A DNA stretch of 62,988 bases, counting the filler. It is 3 parts of 3 records of this genome, joined end to end, with 100 filler letters (N's around TTAATTAATTAA, not from the genome) between each part and the next. Parts side by side here need not be neighbours in the genome. Positions count along the whole stretch, not along the records: positions 57,036 to 62,988 come from SRR22947727_5806; 2 more parts are not named here. One strand, given 5' to 3'. This document shows, in pieces, positions 61,068 to 62,988 of the stretch (positions are counted from its first letter, which is position 1; each line of letters begins with the position of its first letter). A program made the position numbers and the translations under genes. Below the pieces are notes generated by a model that did no database searches, was not told the origin of the DNA, and saw only the letters and a list, made by a program, of their open reading frames with translations.

Positions 61068-61219
61068 GACCTTGTGGGCAACAGCGTTGACAACAAATGA
61101 TGTTGTTAACGCCAGCATGGACTTTTTATGCTTCAACCGTTGAGCCATGCCACTGGGTTGAGGGGCCCCGAAGCGGAGCGATAACGGGTGCACTCCAGTC
61201 AGGGATCACGACCGACCGA

Positions 61220-61450
61220 TCAACCTGCCTCGGGCGCCCATCCCATTTCCTTCTGCCAAGTCGGTGCCCATAACTTGCATTTCTTTGTCAGATGGTCGCC
61301 CTGAGGCAACTGCTTCTGCCTCACGTTGCATCCAAGAATCGTCCGGCAGTGCTGGTCCACCCCATAGGCGAAGTGTTGGCAGGTGATGCAAAGGCAGGCG
61401 CCCTTCCAACCTTGCAATTCCTTGTCATCAACAAAACTCCATTCCTCCAT
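61220..61450 (-). CDS. Small Cys-rich conserved picocyanobacterial protein
   Basis: MEEW...CLCITCQHF...HC..LGC...QGDHL..KC..W...WAPEA; LexA-type box directly upstream. Confidence 0.8.
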   Translation of the reverse strand: MEEWSFVDDKELQGWKGACLCITCQHFAYGVDQHCRTILGCNVRQKQLPQGDHLTKKCKLWAPTWQKEMGWAPEAG

Positions 61451-61467
61451 CGCAGCACTTCACGCTT

Positions 61468-61482
61468 GGTACATCTGTACTA
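61468..61482 (-). promoter_or_regulatory. Cyanobacterial LexA (SOS) box
   Basis: Minus strand TAGTACAGATGTACC matches RGTAC-NNN-DGTWCB; 17 nt before ATG 61450. Confidence 0.8.
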
Positions 61483-61819
61483 CTTCAGCAGGGGTGCATT
61501 CCGCAAGCGCAGCTTGTGGGGCCCTAAAGGCTGGGGCTCATCCATGGCCTAAAAACCTTTTCTGAGCGGGCATCAACCATGCTTTTCCGGAACAATCCCT
61601 CTTCATAGTTGCTGCGCAAGGGTGGCCTGATTGCCGGCGAGATTGATCAGATATTCAGCGCTTTTAAACAATCAAGGCGTCACGATCCAACCCGATCCGT
61701 TGATGCATGCATGACGCTTGAATGAGCGACGCAGCAACGCCTTCACATAAAGCTGGGTAACGTTTTACTTGAAGAACTCCCAATGGGGCTCTTAGCTACG
61801 CCCATAGGCAAATCCACTC

Positions 61820-61957
61820 ATGGCCAACCCATCCCCAGAGCAAAAATCTTTCGTCAAAACTGCACCTGAGCAGCTCGCCAAAGGCGCCGAAGCAAGTACC
61901 AAAAAGCCAGAGCGTCATGCACCACAAAGATGGAGAGGCGGAGCCCTTAGCGAATAA
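61820..61957 (+). CDS. Small hypothetical protein, 45 aa (below ORF-track cutoff)
   Basis: MANPSPEQKSFVKTAPEQLAKGAEASTKKPERHAPQRWRGGALSE*. Confidence 0.5.
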   Translation: MANPSPEQKSFVKTAPEQLAKGAEASTKKPERHAPQRWRGGALSE

Positions 61958-62015
61958 CAATCCCGATCGGGATCGTCTTCATCACCATCAATTGAGTGGA
62001 GCCTGAAAAGCTAAT

Positions 62016-62195
62016 TTAATCAGACTTAAGAATGGCACGAATTAGATTTGGTCTTTGTCCTAAGCCAGAAATACACTCCATTACTAAGTGTCGAGCTTCC
62101 ATTGCATTGGAGGCACACAAACTTTGTTCGTAGCTCTTCCCTTCAAGATCTTTGTAGCGGATCAAATACTGATGGATGGGTTGCTGGGTATTCAT
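62016..62195 (-). CDS. Small conserved picocyanobacterial protein, 59 aa (below ORF-track cutoff)
   Basis: MNTQQPIHQYLIRYKDLEGKSYEQSLCASNAMEARHLVMECISGLGQRPNLIRAILKSD*; Y..Y.D...A..A.EAR...PN.I..IL pattern recalled from Synechococcus/Prochlorococcus small proteins. Confidence 0.65.
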   Translation of the reverse strand: MNTQQPIHQYLIRYKDLEGKSYEQSLCASNAMEARHLVMECISGLGQRPNLIRAILKSD

Positions 62196-62208
62196 TGATT
62201 TAATAAGT

Positions 62209-62237
62209 AAAGCCTCACATCTGTGAGGCTCTTTTTT
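62209..62237. terminator. Intrinsic terminator hairpin downstream of the 62244-62414 gene
   Basis: AGCCTCAC-ATCT-GTGAGGCT stem flanked by A/T runs. Confidence 0.75.
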
Positions 62238-62243
62238 GAATAA

Positions 62244-62414
62244 TCAGCCAGCCACAGCAGAGATGCTGTATGGAGCCTCAGGAAAACTTGTGGGCATGGG
62301 ATCGAGTTTTCCCTCAGCCAATGCTTTCGCACGGATGTACATCTGGCTTGAAGTTGCTCCTGCAGCTTCCATTGCTTTGGCAACGACATCCCAGTTGCGG
62401 ATCTCAGTCGACAT
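62244..62414 (-). CDS. Small conserved picocyanobacterial protein, 56 aa
   Basis: MSTEIRNWDVVAKAMEAAGATSSQMYIRAKALAEGKLDP...; NW..V..A.E.AG.T.S..Y.RA.A...G..DP pattern; own terminator. Confidence 0.75.
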   Translation of the reverse strand: MSTEIRNWDVVAKAMEAAGATSSQMYIRAKALAEGKLDPMPTSFPEAPYSISAVAG

Positions 62415-62946
62415 TTGAATTGCGTTGTAGGTGACGTAACTTTCGCCAATCCCTCTGACTCGTGGCGACAGTGAAACCCGCCCCTTAGCCGAACACGCGA
62501 AACGAATGGGCAATCGATATGGAGGAGAGAATGTGTTTATGGGTGGCAACTGCATGAAAACAGTAGTCTTCGGTTTCAGCCAAGAAAGCCAGCATCAAAA
62601 TAGCGAGCCGAGGTTGGGTCAATCAATGATCAAAATCAACCGAGTTGATGGCACTTATCCGTCAAAAAAGTTTTGCAAGCAAATGGGGGCCCAATCGCCA
62701 GGAAAATGGAAAATGCATAAAAGCTTTACTTCTAAAATAATATTTTAAACCAAAAATATCTCCCGCAAAACAATCAATCTCACACGGAATAACAACTGAA
62801 AACAACGCTAAGGACGGGGAGACGTGTGTGAGGTCTGGTTCCGTTGACCTGCAGCTTGAACACCAATGATGTGATTAATAGACAACAAGTCAGCCATGAG
62901 GGGTGACGCTGGCCGTCATGCTGGATGGCTTACGGAAACAGGAGTC

Positions 62947-62988
62947 GTGGCTACAAGCGTTTGCCAGAACTGTGGAAGTCGTCGCTTT
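62947..62988 (+). CDS. N-terminus of a small CxxC zinc-ribbon-like protein (runs off window end)
   Basis: AGGAG SD then GTG: MATSVCQNCGSRRF. Confidence 0.55.
   Translation, partial: MATSVCQNCGSRRF

Noticed and set aside
61468..61482. NtcA site
   Set aside because: GTA-N8-TAC spacing is not met; GTAC-N4-GTAC fits LexA
62506..62748. 80-aa plus-strand ORF, and the 103-aa long form of 62244-62555
   Set aside because: No recognisable motif; the conserved-looking part of the minus ORF begins at ATG 62414
62820..62945. Yfr2-family sRNA or glutamine (glnA/Downstream-peptide) riboswitch
   Set aside because: Only one GGAAACA, and it adjoins the SD of the next gene; the conserved riboswitch core and P1 pairing are not present
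26806..62988. GC shifts as horizontally acquired islands, or cross-segment gene neighbourhoods
   Set aside because: The shifts coincide exactly with the artificial spacers; the segments are different contigs

Overview
The window is not one locus. It joins three unrelated contigs with two 100-nt artificial spacers (N44-TTAATTAATTAA-N44 at 26806-26905 and 56936-57035), so no synteny should be read across the spacers. Contig A (1-26805) is an AT-rich, tightly packed alphaproteobacterium; RpoA looks Caulobacterales/Hyphomonadales-like (inference). It carries the end of the alpha r-protein operon; an apparent operon of iorAB-like molybdoenzyme, DUF4212/SSS symporter, acs, ferredoxin reductase and thiC; cspA; an ArsM-like methyltransferase; a Moco/MCD maturation cluster; fatty-acid catabolic genes; pepP; prmA; and a truncated uvrD. 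Contig B (26906-56935) is a mid-GC Rhodobacteraceae (roseobacter-like) fragment. It carries a glycerol-type ABC transporter glpVSTPQU, a BlaI/M56 pair, a decayed islet with two GFA genes, a methylotroph-type mcl-mtkAB-aminotransferase-glyoxylate/hydroxypyruvate reductase module with an atypical LuxR regulator, and a sox cluster in which a GlcG/HbpS-like gene sits between soxS and soxR and hemA follows soxB in place of soxCD. Contig C (57036-62988) is a GC-rich marine Synechococcus-like fragment. It carries a DUF296-glutaredoxin fusion, a carotenoid-oxidoreductase-like gene, a rhomboid protease, several small ORFs missed by the ORF track and a LexA-box-preceded Cys-rich small gene. No CRISPR array, rRNA, tRNA or intact mobile element was seen. 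The best candidates for under-described systems are the serine-cycle-like module, the iorAB-symporter-acs operon, the heme-supplemented sox cluster lacking adjacent soxCD and the LexA-controlled small protein. All family assignments are from motif recognition by eye; no database search was run.
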